A stretch of 64,000 nucleotides of DNA from Candidatus Dormiibacterota bacterium (GTDB lineage: Bacteria; Chloroflexota; Dormibacteria; Aeolococcales; Aeolococcaceae): the NCBI GenBank assembly GCA_963718525.1, contig OY970355.1:736001-800000 (forward strand). The letters run 5' to 3'. This document shows positions 1 through 9,527 of this stretch, piece after piece. Positions within the stretch are counted from its first letter, which is position 1, and every line of letters begins with the position of its first letter. Below the pieces are notes generated by a model. The model was not told the origin of the DNA. It searched no databases and was given only the letters and a program-made list of their open reading frames with translations. The position numbers were made by a program, and so were the translations under genes.

Positions 1-221
1 CCGGAGTCGCATTTCCCGGTCGAGTTGCGGACCAGACGGTCGCGTTACCGCCTTCGCCGAGCTTCGGGCCTCGGAGCCATGGACCGATTGTCTTTGGTGT
101 CTCGTCGCCCATTCTCAGTAGCCAATCGCAGCTTACGCGCCTACCCGTCCGTAACAGGAGCGGCCATTTTTCGGTGGAGGCACGGACCAGTCTCTCATCT
201 TCTTTGACGAGTTCGCGTTTA

Positions 222-1076
222 CTATCCCGGCCACAGCGCATCCTTGACCGATGAAGCAAACGGAATGACACAGGAGGCAAGGAAGTCTGGTAGGTGCTCT
301 TGCTGGACAAAGTCAATAGCAAAGCGACCAGTGAGCGAGGTTGACTTGAGCTCCCGCTCCAGCGTAATGAATGGCACCCGCTCAGGCACCACGGGATCGC
401 GATGGACATCGACGATCCAAAGCGGTGACGGCACGACCACCATTGGGAAGTAAAGGCTTGCGTGTGCGTACTGTCCGCCAGTAGCTTCGACGGGCATTCC
501 TGGTTTCATCGGTCCCATCGTGTACTTGTGGCTCTTCTGAAAGTCGCGCAGAGCCTTCGCCAATGGATAGACGAGAGATGTGAACACTGAGTTGTTATCA
601 GCAGCCCACTCCTTCCCACGACGATTGAGGCGCACGATCTGAACGGCCTTCAACTCCTTCTGGAACTGGTAATGGTGCGCTGACAAGCCGAAGTGTCGGA
701 AAGGAGGTGTCTCAGTGTATCCAGTGCCATGAGGGACCTGAACAAACCGCATGGGAAACTGATACTCGCTTGGACTCCGTTCAAGGTCGGCCACGCTCTT
801 TCGACGAGCAAGGAACACAAAGGGATTCGACGTGTTCTTGCACTCGCACAGCAGCTGCACATATATGGCTCGGCGCCGAGCCTCATCGTGAAGCGACCGC
901 CAGAAGCCATGCACGTCGATCTCACGCGACGTGCCCTCCTCAGGATCTGTGAACGCCCGCCCCGTTTTGGCATAGAACCCGGCCGCCTCGAAGGCCGTCG
1001 CGACCTCTTGCTCCAAGAGGAACCCCGAAGCGCTCAGGGCGTCGACTATCTGGCTTTCGGTGGGCTCGTCGGACAT
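222..1076 (-). CDS. Putative PD-(D/E)XK restriction-endonuclease-fold protein
   Basis: SGFLLE...SREIDV...LLCECKN matches the E...D...ExK nuclease signature; lies downstream of and co-oriented with the hsdR remnant. Confidence 0.6.
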   Translation of the reverse strand: MSDEPTESQIVDALSASGFLLEQEVATAFEAAGFYAKTGRAFTDPEEGTSREIDVHGFWRSLHDEARRRAIYVQLLCECKNTSNPFVFLARRKSVADLERSPSEYQFPMRFVQVPHGTGYTETPPFRHFGLSAHHYQFQKELKAVQIVRLNRRGKEWAADNNSVFTSLVYPLAKALRDFQKSHKYTMGPMKPGMPVEATGGQYAHASLYFPMVVVPSPLWIVDVHRDPVVPERVPFITLERELKSTSLTGRFAIDFVQQEHLPDFLASCVIPFASSVKDALWPG

Positions 1077-1363
1077 CAGGCTGCAATGTAGTCCGAGCGG
1101 GCCGCTCTTCGTGCAGGAGGTACCTCGACACCTCGGGTAACCAAGGGCGTAGTTGCCTTGGTCGGGGGGGATTAAGCCCTACCGCCACAGCGCGTCCATT
1201 GTGGTCACGGCGCTCGATCAGTTCCCAAAGAGCTTGTTCCACTCACACACCGAGCCCTCGGCAAGCGCCGCATCGGACACCCCTGCGCCGAGGGCCGAAG
1301 GTCGCCGAGACTTCGGGTATGGCTTCCGGGTTGGGGCTGAAAAGGCGACCACATGCCACTCTC

Positions 1364-2095
1364 TCAAGCTGCGGCCGCGCGAACGCTGTCCAGGATTCCG
1401 ACAAGCTGGTCAATCTCCTGTTCTGAGAACAGGTCTTCCGGCCCGTGCGGAGCGAGATCTGTAAATGGGGCCTCGTAGAGAAGCGCAGCACCCATCACAC
1501 CGCGCTGAGTCAGGTGGTTGACGATCATATCTACGAACTCGATCTGATTAGCCGTCATCATCTTTCCGGACAAGAAGTCGGCAAACGCCTCCTTGGCCGC
1601 TCCCCGATCAAGCCCTATCAGCGAGCGTACGAACAATCCGAGGCCTTGGTTCTCCTCCTTGGCCTTGGCGATCGCTTCGGCGTCACCGATGCCGTGATCG
1701 GTGAACATGGCTTCGAGGGAATCCAGATCGGTCGCTGTCAGTGGCTTATTCATCCGCAAGCGATGGACCGCGATGTTGTCCTGGTGGTCTCGTAGGAAGG
1801 CTCTTGCCTTTGCTTGGAAGCGCTCGAATGACACGGCGGGGACCACGCCAATCAAGTCGTACTCGGTTTCCGGGCCTATCTCATCTTCGAAATCGGAGTA
1901 GAGCAAAGAGCGCTGACTCTTTTCGATGAAACGCACTAGCAACCGCAGCTTCTTGCGGACCTGCTCGAGCATTGCCACGGTGACGTCTTCCCACCACTCC
2001 GGGGATTGCAAGTCCTCAAGCAGGACGAGTTGCTCCTTGACCATCGGGATGGTCGATAGCCCTTCGAGAAGACCGGCGATCTCCTGCACCTGGCT
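1364..2095 (-). pseudogene. hsdR: Type I restriction enzyme R subunit, C-terminal (EcoEI-R-like) fragment, 5'-truncated
   Basis: WWEDVTVAMLEQVRKKLRLLVRFIE..YSDFEDE and LGLFVRSLIGLDRGAAKEAF..NQIEFVDMIVNHLTQRG..LYEAPFT are typical of the EcoEI-R C-terminus; the helicase part is missing and the fragment abuts an IS110 remnant. Confidence 0.8.
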
Positions 2096-2099
2096 CTTC

Positions 2100-2727
2100 C
2101 CGGCCGCGGCGGTGTCATGGCACGGCTGCGTGCCCTCCACGGCCTCTCTACCGCACCCAGCTGTACCGACCACTCACCAGCCGAGGCAGAGCTTGTCGCC
2201 TGGGCACTCGAGCTGAGATGCGAGATCCTCGGCTTCGAATCGCTGATCAAGCAGCTCGAAGCGCGTTTGCCACAACTGCTGGCCGAGCGCGGCTCAACAC
2301 TGACCCAGGAGTTCGGGATTGGCGTCGTGTCCGCAGCAGAGTTGGTGGCTCAAGTCGGGGACGCTCGTCGATTTCGCAGCGAGAGCGCGTTCGCCCGCTG
2401 GTGTGGCGTTGCACCGGTCGCCGTCTCGAGTGGCGAAGGCGCAGGGCAGCCTCGTCGACACCGACTCGACCTTCTCGGCAATCGCGCGGTCAACCGGATC
2501 CTCTACACGATGTCGGTGACCCAGGCGAGTCACCACCCACCTGGACGCGAGTTCCTGCAACGCAAGCGGCATGAAGGCAAGTCGTTGAAGGAGGCTCGAC
2601 GAGCTCACAAGCGACTGCTCGCCAACCGTGTCATCCGTCGAATGTGGGCGGACACGCGGAATACGCGCCGAACCACTTCCGTCTGCATAGCCGTGGGCCT
2701 GACTGCTGTCGCTTGACAAAGGAGCCT
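2100..2727 (+). mobile_element. IS110 family transposase, C-terminal fragment with right end
   Basis: GIGVVSAAELVAQVGDARRFRSESAFARWCGVAP..SSG..GNRAVNRILY; ends in a CTTGACA-type terminus; no N-terminal DEDD domain. Confidence 0.8.
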
Positions 2728-3241
2728 CGCAACGTGGCCAGCGCCGTGCCCAAGCTGCACGCGCCGGCGGTGCTCGCGGTCGTGAAGTCGATCTTTCTGC
2801 AGCCAACTCGTGAGACCGCCCGCGACGCCGTGCACCACGCCCTCAGCGTGCTCGAGCCACGCTTTCCGACAGTGGCAGCCAAGCTCCGTGCGGCTGAAGC
2901 CGACGTGCTCGCGTACTTGGACTTTCCGGTCGACCACTGGCGCTCGATCTCCTCGACCAATGCCATCGAGCGGGTCAATGCGGAGCTCGACCGCCGCGCC
3001 AAGGTGGTGGGCATCTTCCCCAACACCGACTCGCTGCTCCGGCTGTTCACCGCAGTGCTCCAGGACCAGCACGACGAGTGGCAGGACGGACGCCGTCACT
3101 TCAGTCAGCAGTCGATGGCTCGCGTAATGCACCCCGACGGCCCGCCGCTGCTCACCAATCCGCTCACGGAGGGACTTGTCGCGTAGCTCACCGACGTTGC
3201 GAGAACTCCACCGAATTCACACCACTACCGGGGACTTGACC
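2728..3241 (+). mobile_element. IS256 family element, 3' fragment with right inverted repeat
   Basis: Protein nearly identical to the C-terminus of the 5850..7106 transposase (STNAIERVNAELDRR); terminal sequence ...ACCACTACCGGGGACTTGACC matches the end of the intact copy. Confidence 0.9.
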
Positions 3242-3308
3242 GGGAGGAGGTTCGTTAGAGAGCGAGCGCTTGCGTTCTCACCTGCGTGGTCGCAAACAAA
3301 GAGCAACC

Positions 3309-3409
3309 ACTTGCAGCATTAATGAGCGCAGGAAAACCTACTTGCAGCATTTCTGCACCCACTTGCAGCATTTGTGATCGTTGAATACTTGCATCATTAA
3401 TGAGCGCTA
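3309..3409. repeat. Four direct 12-bp repeats ACTTGCAGCATT
   Basis: Copies at 3309, 3340, 3361 and 3387 (the last has one mismatch); copies 1 and 4 extend into AATGAGCGC; AT-rich context. Confidence 0.85.
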
Positions 3410-3413
3410 ACAA

Positions 3414-3672
3414 TCAGCCACAACGGTTCGTAGCTCCGCAGCTGTGGCACATGTAACCGGCGCCGCTGCGCACCATGAGGCTGCCGCAATCGCTGCACGT
3501 TGGCGCGTTCCTCCTGGTTGATGAATGCACCGGAGCTGATCGTGGAAATCGGAGCGACCGGCCTGCGACGGTGGCTGCAGGAGCGGTCGCAACCGCCGAC
3601 GCGGCTGATCGTTCGAGCCTTCCGTGGCCATGCGCAGGAAGTACTCGCCAGGAGTGTCGTCCCTCGTACAGG
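3414..3672 (-). pseudogene. nrdJ: Degenerate remnant of a class II ribonucleotide reductase 3' end
   Basis: Encodes DTPGEYFLRMATEGS and GAFINQE/APTCSDCGSLMVRSGAGYMCHSCGATNRCG*, homologous to nrdJ at ~20953-21020 and ~21365-21489, with frameshifts and an internal deletion. Confidence 0.85.
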
Positions 3673-4277
3673 ACGCGCTTCCAGACCCAGCGAAATGGAT
3701 GCGTAACGCGTCAGCCGATAGATTCGGCTCGCGTCTCCGCAACGGTATTTCTTGTTCGCGCGGGCATGCGTGCCTAAACAATGCACGCGCACGCGTCGGC
3801 GACCCTTCCCTCGCTAGGGAATGCGACAGGGTGTACCTCCGTCGCATGGAAAGGCGCGATGGATCTTATCGGACCCAGCGCCGGTGGCTCCGACACCCTG
3901 GCGTTCTCAAGACCCCTCCGGAGAAGCGTCCGGTAGCGCCGCCCGACACGAGGATCGCCCAGCCCCTGCGACACGGGATCCGCTCAGCGGCTGCGTTCAT
4001 CTAGTCGGAAAGCGGGCCCGACTCGAAGCGAGGTACGAGCTCGGTGATTGGCTGAGCCAGAGTTTTCCAATCTAAAGCCAGCGCCTGCACAGCGGGCTCG
4101 CTGAACTCCGTCGGGTAGGCTGACGCCAACAACCCCGCTCGTGTGCAGCGACTGACCGATGCGACGCGACCGCGAGGGACTCGAGCGCCGACAGTGCTTG
4201 TGGTTGCATGGCTGCCTTGACCCAGCGGCCACACCAATTGCTCCCCCTGTGCGATCGGCAAGCGGCGGCTAAGCCGG

Positions 4278-5411
4278 CTACGCCAGGGCGCCTACCGGCG
4301 GGTTGGGTGAGATCTTTTTGGGGCTCGTGAACCCGGTCGAGAGCAACCAGGTCGCCCCAACCGGGAAGTCGTTCTCCGACGCGACAAGACGATCGTCAGC
4401 GAGCCACTCCTCCGGAGCGAAATCCCGCAGGGTGGAAACGGCAGCGTCGGTGCTCAAATCCACGACCGTGGTCACGTAGTAACCGGAGGGGGAGCCGAGG
4501 ACCCCCACGTACGCGCCATACGCCAGGTAGCGTCCGTCGCCGGACACGCTCACAGCCCCGTACTCTGCGTTTGCAGGTTGCATGGTCAGCGTCTCGGTGC
4601 CCGAACTGCGCACCACCTTCAGGCTCGACGAGCCCACCTGAGTGACGCATACCGAGCCGGACTGGTTGAATACGGTGCATTTCTGAGGCTGCGTGAGCGC
4701 CCGCGTGGTGAGATCGAATGTGGCTGGGTTGAAACCAACGTAGGTGAGGAACGGTCCCGCCCCACCGAGCCCTTTGGGCATCTCCGAAACCGAGATACCA
4801 GTGGTGCTCCATCCGAAGGGCATCAGCACCTCGCCACCGTTGTCGCTGTTGTTGGCGTCGTCATAGACCATGGTCGCGGATAGGGCGGTGCCGCCCAGAG
4901 GCTCGGTCCAGAGCTGTGAGTGGTCGGTGGTCGCGCCGTTGTCGCCGGTGATGGCAAGGGGGAGGCCGAATACGAGCGTTGTCTCGTCGGGGGACACGGC
5001 AAACGCGGTGTCCCCCCGGAGATCGATCGCGGTGACCGTAGTGCTCACCTGGGGCACCTGGCCAACGTCGGTGACGGTGCCGTCGCGTCCGATCGCCTTC
5101 ACGGCGGTGCCGTCGATGAAGTAGACATGATCGGTTCCGACGTAGTACGCGTCGCCGTCGGCTCCCCCGGGGTCGTCGACCGTGGCGGCGACGCTGCCGT
5201 CCTCACCGACCAGGGTGAGCTGCACAGCGCTCCCGGTCCTCAGTGCGGTCACCACCAGCGGCGGAGGCGGCGCGGGAGTGGGTGATGGAGTCGGCACCGG
5301 CGTTGCGGTCTGCGCAAGGGTTGGCCGCGCAGTCGGTGTGACCGGACTCGATCCACAAGCTGCGAGGCCAAGAGCTGCGAATGCAGTGCCGATGATGGTT
5401 ATGCGTTTCAT
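4278..5411 (-). CDS. Putative lipoprotein with Pro/Thr linker and beta-rich (propeller-like) domain
   Basis: MKRITII...LGLAAC lipobox, PTPSPTP linker, repeated SPD/SGDGR beta-propeller-like turns. Confidence 0.7.
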   Translation of the reverse strand: MKRITIIGTAFAALGLAACGSSPVTPTARPTLAQTATPVPTPSPTPAPPPPLVVTALRTGSAVQLTLVGEDGSVAATVDDPGGADGDAYYVGTDHVYFIDGTAVKAIGRDGTVTDVGQVPQVSTTVTAIDLRGDTAFAVSPDETTLVFGLPLAITGDNGATTDHSQLWTEPLGGTALSATMVYDDANNSDNGGEVLMPFGWSTTGISVSEMPKGLGGAGPFLTYVGFNPATFDLTTRALTQPQKCTVFNQSGSVCVTQVGSSSLKVVRSSGTETLTMQPANAEYGAVSVSGDGRYLAYGAYVGVLGSPSGYYVTTVVDLSTDAAVSTLRDFAPEEWLADDRLVASENDFPVGATWLLSTGFTSPKKISPNPPVGALA

Positions 5412-5794
5412 GACTGCCAATTCAACGGGAACCATCATCAACGGTTACATGCGTATCAAATGCGTCGAACGCTCTCACCTTGGGATCGGGCTCAGGCGAA
5501 GCGAGGAGGCGCGTGAGGTTGTCAACGATGGCCGCGGGCGCGACGTCACTGACGTCACGCGGGGCGCTGGGTTGACCAACACGGAGACCGGCTGAATGCG
5601 CTCGGGGGAGAGGCTGCCAGATCGAATCAACTCTCGGCGTTGGGACCACGCTCCGCGCGACAGTCCGCGTCTCCCCCGCCGTGATGGTCGTGGTGAATGT
5701 CTGAGACACCCCTCGGTCTTCGGAAGCCCCCGAGGGTGTCGACCTGACTCCCCGCGGGCCAACCGAATATTGGGGAGCATGGGGACTGCCAAAA

Positions 5795-7191
5795 GGTCAA
5801 GTCCCGGGTAGTGGTGTGAATTCGGTGGAGTTCTCACAACGTCGGTGAACTAAGCGACAAGGCCCTCCGTGAGCGGGTTGGTGAGCAACGGCGGACCGTC
5901 GGGGTGGAGCAGGCGAGCCATCGACTGCTGACTGAAATGTCGGCGACCGTCCTGCCACTCGTCGTGCTGGTCCTGGAGCACGGCGGTGAACAGGCGCAAC
6001 AGGGAGTCGGTGTTGGGAAAGATGCCCACCACCTTGGCGCGGCGGTCGAGCTCGGCATTGACCCGCTCGATGGCGTTGGTCGAGGAGATCGAGCGCCAGT
6101 GGTCGACCGGGAAATCCAGGTAGGCGAGCACATCGGCCTCAGCCGCACGCAGCTTGGCTGCCACCGCGGGAAAGCGTGGCTCCAACACGGTGAGCGCATG
6201 CCCCACCGCGTCGCGGGCGGTCTCGCGCGTCGGCTGCAGGAAGATCGACTTGACCACCGCCAGCACCGCCGGCGCGTGGAGCTTGGGGACCGCGCTGGCC
6301 ACGTTGCGCAGAAAGTGCACCTTGCAGCGCTGCCACGTCGCCCCAGTGAACACCTGCGACAGCGCACTGCGCAGCCCTTCGTGGGCGTCGGAGATGACCA
6401 GCTGCACGCCGCTCAGTCCGCGTCGCGACAGGCTGCGGCAGAACTCCAGCCAGAACGCCTCGCTCTCGCTGGCGCCGACCGCAAGCCCGAGCACGCTCTT
6501 CTCGCCGCTGTCGCGCACACCCACGGCCACCACCGCCGCTTGGCTCACGATGCGCGCACCCTGACGCACCTTCTCGTAGGTCGCGTCGAACCAGACGTAC
6601 GGGTACGGCTCATCGAGGGGCCGCTCCCGGAACTCGGCGAGCTCCTCGTCGAGCAGCGCGCAGATCCGGCTCACCTCGCTGCGACTGATGCTGCAGCCAC
6701 CCAAGGCGGCCATGAGGTCGTCGACCTTGCGCGTGCTGATGCCGAGCACGTAGGCCTCTTGGACGACCGCCAGCAGCGCGCGATCGATACGTCGCCGAGG
6801 CTCGAGCAGCGACGGGAAGAAGCTGCCAGAGCGCAGCTTGGGGATCTGCAGCTCGAGGCGTCCCGAGCCGGTGTCGAGAACCCGCTCTCGGTAGCCGTTG
6901 CGGTACGTGGTGCGTGTCGATGCTCGCTCGTGTGGGCCGGCGCCGATCTGCGTGGCCGCCTCGGCTTCGATGAGCCGCTGCATGGCGTGTTCGAGGACAC
7001 GTCGCAACACGTCCGTGTCCGCGCCCTGAAGTTGACCGATCAGCGCCTGGTGCGTCATCCTGTTCTGGGCCATCGTGGGTCTCCTGGTTTGGGTTAGAGC
7101 TTCCAAGAGAACTCCGCGGTGGCCTACTTTGTCTACCTCGTCGGCAGCCCTGAGGTCACCCCGGATTTACACCACAATAAGGGACATCACT
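5795..7191 (-). mobile_element. Complete IS256 family insertion sequence
   Basis: Imperfect ~27-bp terminal inverted repeats (GGTCAAGTCCC../AGTGATGTCCC..) and 8-bp target duplication TGCCAAAA at 5787-5794 and 7192-7199. Confidence 0.93.
5850..7106 (-). CDS. IS256 family transposase
   Basis: RNGYRER..IPKLRSGSFFP, WFDATYEK, ISDAHEGL, WQRCKVHFLRN and STNAIER motifs (DDE Mutator family). Confidence 0.95.
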   Translation of the reverse strand: MEALTQTRRPTMAQNRMTHQALIGQLQGADTDVLRRVLEHAMQRLIEAEAATQIGAGPHERASTRTTYRNGYRERVLDTGSGRLELQIPKLRSGSFFPSLLEPRRRIDRALLAVVQEAYVLGISTRKVDDLMAALGGCSISRSEVSRICALLDEELAEFRERPLDEPYPYVWFDATYEKVRQGARIVSQAAVVAVGVRDSGEKSVLGLAVGASESEAFWLEFCRSLSRRGLSGVQLVISDAHEGLRSALSQVFTGATWQRCKVHFLRNVASAVPKLHAPAVLAVVKSIFLQPTRETARDAVGHALTVLEPRFPAVAAKLRAAEADVLAYLDFPVDHWRSISSTNAIERVNAELDRRAKVVGIFPNTDSLLRLFTAVLQDQHDEWQDGRRHFSQQSMARLLHPDGPPLLTNPLTEGLVA

Positions 7192-7345
7192 TGCCAAAAC
7201 GCGTCCACCCAGCGTCCACCAAAGCTGGGAGAGAAGCTTCGGGCGCTCTGATCGGCTGAGCCAGCGTTAGCCGTTCTACTCGGCGTTCGCGATTTGGTGT
7301 GCACATGAACCTGATTAGCACCGACTGAGCGCGCATCCCCGGTCA

Positions 7346-7638
7346 TCAGGAGCGACTAATCGCCTGCGTCCGGGTCCTCGAGTCCCTGTCGTATCCGCTC
7401 CCGCTGGTTCACCCTGGCGGATGCAGACCAGCACTACAAGCAGTCGTCGGGGGCTCGATTTCGGGAGCGGTCGCTGCAGGGTTGTTGGCCGTCGAGGTAC
7501 GGCGATGCTCGCGTCAGTGAGACGGGGTCCTGGTCTTAAGGACTCGTACGGTCATGGTTGGCAGCCCTTCATGCAGACATTGGAGCGTTTATGGTCGTCG
7601 ACCGAGCCGAAAAATCAATGCTCAGGAGCGACTAATCG
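7346..7638. repeat. 17-bp direct repeat TCAGGAGCGACTAATCG
   Basis: Exact copies at 7346-7362 and 7622-7638 in the non-coding island border. Confidence 0.8.
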
Positions 7639-7710
7639 GGTGATGTTTTGAGGACTTATCCACAGGTCGAAATCACCCGAAACTGCCCGAATCGAATTCA
7701 AAATTCGGGT

Positions 7711-7785
7711 TGGCTGGGGAGGGAGGATTCGAACCTCCGATTGGCTGATCCAGAATCAGCTGCCTTACCACTTGGCCACTCCCCA
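7711..7785 (-). tRNA. tRNA-Gln (CTG)
   Basis: TGGGGAGTGGCCAAGTGGTAAGGCAGCTGATTCTGGATCAGCCAATCGGAGGTTCGAATCCTCCCTCCCCAGCCA; cloverleaf, CTG anticodon, encoded CCA. Confidence 0.97.
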
Positions 7786-7863
7786 GCGGAGGCCATCGAG
7801 TGTACCGGACGCCCCCCGGGCCTCCTGTTTGCCGCCCTGGCACGCGGCATATACTGGGCAGTG

Positions 7864-8184
7864 ATGGATCTCCTCGAGCTGCTCCGCTTTCAAGCCCGGC
7901 GCTATCGCTGCTCGGCGTGTGGCGAGAACATGGCCGACTGCGGGATCAACGTACTTGCACAGCAGGGCAATCGCGCCCTGGTCCGCGTTACCTGCGCGTC
8001 GTGCAATGACGAGAACCTTCTCCAGATCATCTTCCAGACAGAGGCCGAGGAGAACAAGGTCCCAGCCATCGATGAGGGCGTCCCGGACGTCGCAGACCCC
8101 ATCACCGGTGACGAGATGCTCGAGCTCCACTCCCTGCTCTCCTCGCACGAAGGCGCCCTCACCGAGCTGCTCGTCAAGCGCTGA
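7864..8184 (+). CDS. Small zinc-ribbon protein
   Basis: Two CxxC pairs (CSAC, CASC); strong GC3 codon bias. Confidence 0.7.
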   Translation: MDLLELLRFQARRYRCSACGENMADCGINVLAQQGNRALVRVTCASCNDENLLQIIFQTEAEENKVPAIDEGVPDVADPITGDEMLELHSLLSSHEGALTELLVKR

Positions 8185-8225
8185 CCGCGACCTCCGCGGA
8201 GGCTCGTGCGACACTTGCCCGCCGT

Positions 8226-8624
8226 ATGGCGAGCCTCGATCCCGGTCAGAGCATGGTCTTCGACGCCCTGTACGGGCTCGAGTTCGGCGAGACCACATCG
8301 GAGCACATGACCGCGTCGTGCCCGGTCACCCCGAAGGTCGTCCAGCCGTTCGGCATCGTCCACGGCGGCGTCTTCTGCGCCATGGCCGAGACGATCACGT
8401 CAGTCGGCACCTACCTCGGCGTCAAGGAGGGCGGCAACATCGCCGTAGGGATGTCTAACAACATGAGCTTCCTCCGCCCGATCACCACCGGCACCATCCA
8501 CGCCGATGCGAAGCCGCGTCACCGCGGGCGCACCACCTGGATCTGGGACGTGGAGATCACCAACGACGACGGCGCGCTCTGCGCCATCGGCCGGGTGACC
8601 ATCGCGGTCAGGCCCCGGCCCTAG
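8226..8624 (+). CDS. PaaI family thioesterase
   Basis: QPFGIVHGGVFCAMAET hotdog-fold motif. Confidence 0.9.
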   Translation: MASLDPGQSMVFDALYGLEFGETTSEHMTASCPVTPKVVQPFGIVHGGVFCAMAETITSVGTYLGVKEGGNIAVGMSNNMSFLRPITTGTIHADAKPRHRGRTTWIWDVEITNDDGALCAIGRVTIAVRPRP

Positions 8625-9027
8625 CCTCCTGGCGATCGACGAGCCGCTTTGCGGCAGCGGCGCCTCCGGCCGACGCGGCCGCACTCACGCCCCGCAGCAC
8701 GATCTTCTGCCAGATCGGCGTCTTGTCGCCGCCCTTCTTGATGTCCTTGCGCAGCTCGTGGAGCTCGGCGACGAGTTCCTCCAGCGTCACCGGATCCGCC
8801 TCCTGCTCCTCCTTGTCGCCGCGTAAGCGCGAGCGGACTATCACAATCGTTCCGATGAGCACGATCGCTCCACCCGCGATGGCCGCATAGCGCGGTCCAT
8901 CCCGGCGCAGGCGCGCTTTCCAGTCGAGCTCGGCTCGCACCTTCTCCTCCAGCCGGCTCGCGCTCTGCGCGAGCGCCGCCTTGGTCAGCTCCCGCTGACG
9001 CTGCGCTTCGTCAGTTCCCGGAGCCAC
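8608..9027 (-). CDS. DUF3618-like single-TM protein
   Basis: GTG start after an AGGAGG RBS; N-terminal coiled segment and one TM helix; follows a holin-like gene as is typical. Confidence 0.6.
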   Translation of the reverse strand: MAPGTDEAQRQRELTKAALAQSASRLEEKVRAELDWKARLRRDGPRYAAIAGGAIVLIGTIVIVRSRLRGDKEEQEADPVTLEELVAELHELRKDIKKGGDKTPIWQKIVLRGVSAAASAGGAAAAKRLVDRQEARAGA

Positions 9028-9416
9028 TCGGCATCCTCCTTCAAGGTTTCCTGCACGTTCTTCCGCCCCCGTTTGATCGCCTTTCTCGCACGCGACTGGC
9101 CGAAGTAGATGAGCACAACCGCGAGAATCAGGAAGATCCCGCCCAGCGCCGCCCACCGCGCCCACTCGCTGCCGAGGATGTTGAGCCCGGACGGCAGCGC
9201 CCCCAACGCCTCGATCACGCCGATCAGCAGGAACACAGCCGCAAACATGATCAAGGCGATCGCAATCGCGAGCTGTATCACCGCTCGTTTCAGTTCCGAC
9301 GCGACGAGGTTCAGGTCCGCGCGAGCGAGCTTGACGGCATCCTCGACCACCTGACGAGCGAGCGTGATGGGGTCGGTGCTGTCAGGCGCGTCGCCGTCCA
9401 CGGTACCTCCAGACAT
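8985..9416 (-). CDS. Phage-holin-family (YqjE-like) membrane protein
   Basis: LARADLNLVASEL plus two TM helices and a C-terminal ETLKEDAEW; chromosomal, not a prophage context. Confidence 0.7.
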   Translation of the reverse strand: MSGGTVDGDAPDSTDPITLARQVVEDAVKLARADLNLVASELKRAVIQLAIAIALIMFAAVFLLIGVIEALGALPSGLNILGSEWARWAALGGIFLILAVVLIYFGQSRARKAIKRGRKNVQETLKEDAEWLRELTKRSVSGS

Positions 9417-9527
9417 CCGATCGGGAGCTCAACGCGACACTGCAGTGCGGCGCGTCGCCCGCAAGCTCACCCAAACTCGCAAGGTTGCATGATACTTGCG
9501 CGTACCCGGGGGGGCGTAACCCGACCC

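Noticed and set aside
3309-3409. CRISPR array
   Set aside because: Repeats are 12 bp with 9-19 bp spacers, and there are no cas genes.
3700-4270. Short ORFs between the nrdJ remnant and the lipoprotein (also 5422..5790)
   Set aside because: No recognisable motifs or codon bias; likely decayed island DNA.
7656-7664. oriC from the DnaA box
   Set aside because: Single box, no cluster, and no dnaA/dnaN nearby.
7648-7863. N-terminal extension of ORF 7648..8184
   Set aside because: It overlaps tRNA-Gln on the opposite strand; the likely start is 7864.
8608-9416. Prophage lysis cassette
   Set aside because: The holin-family plus DUF3618-like pair is a common chromosomal module; no endolysin or phage genes are present.
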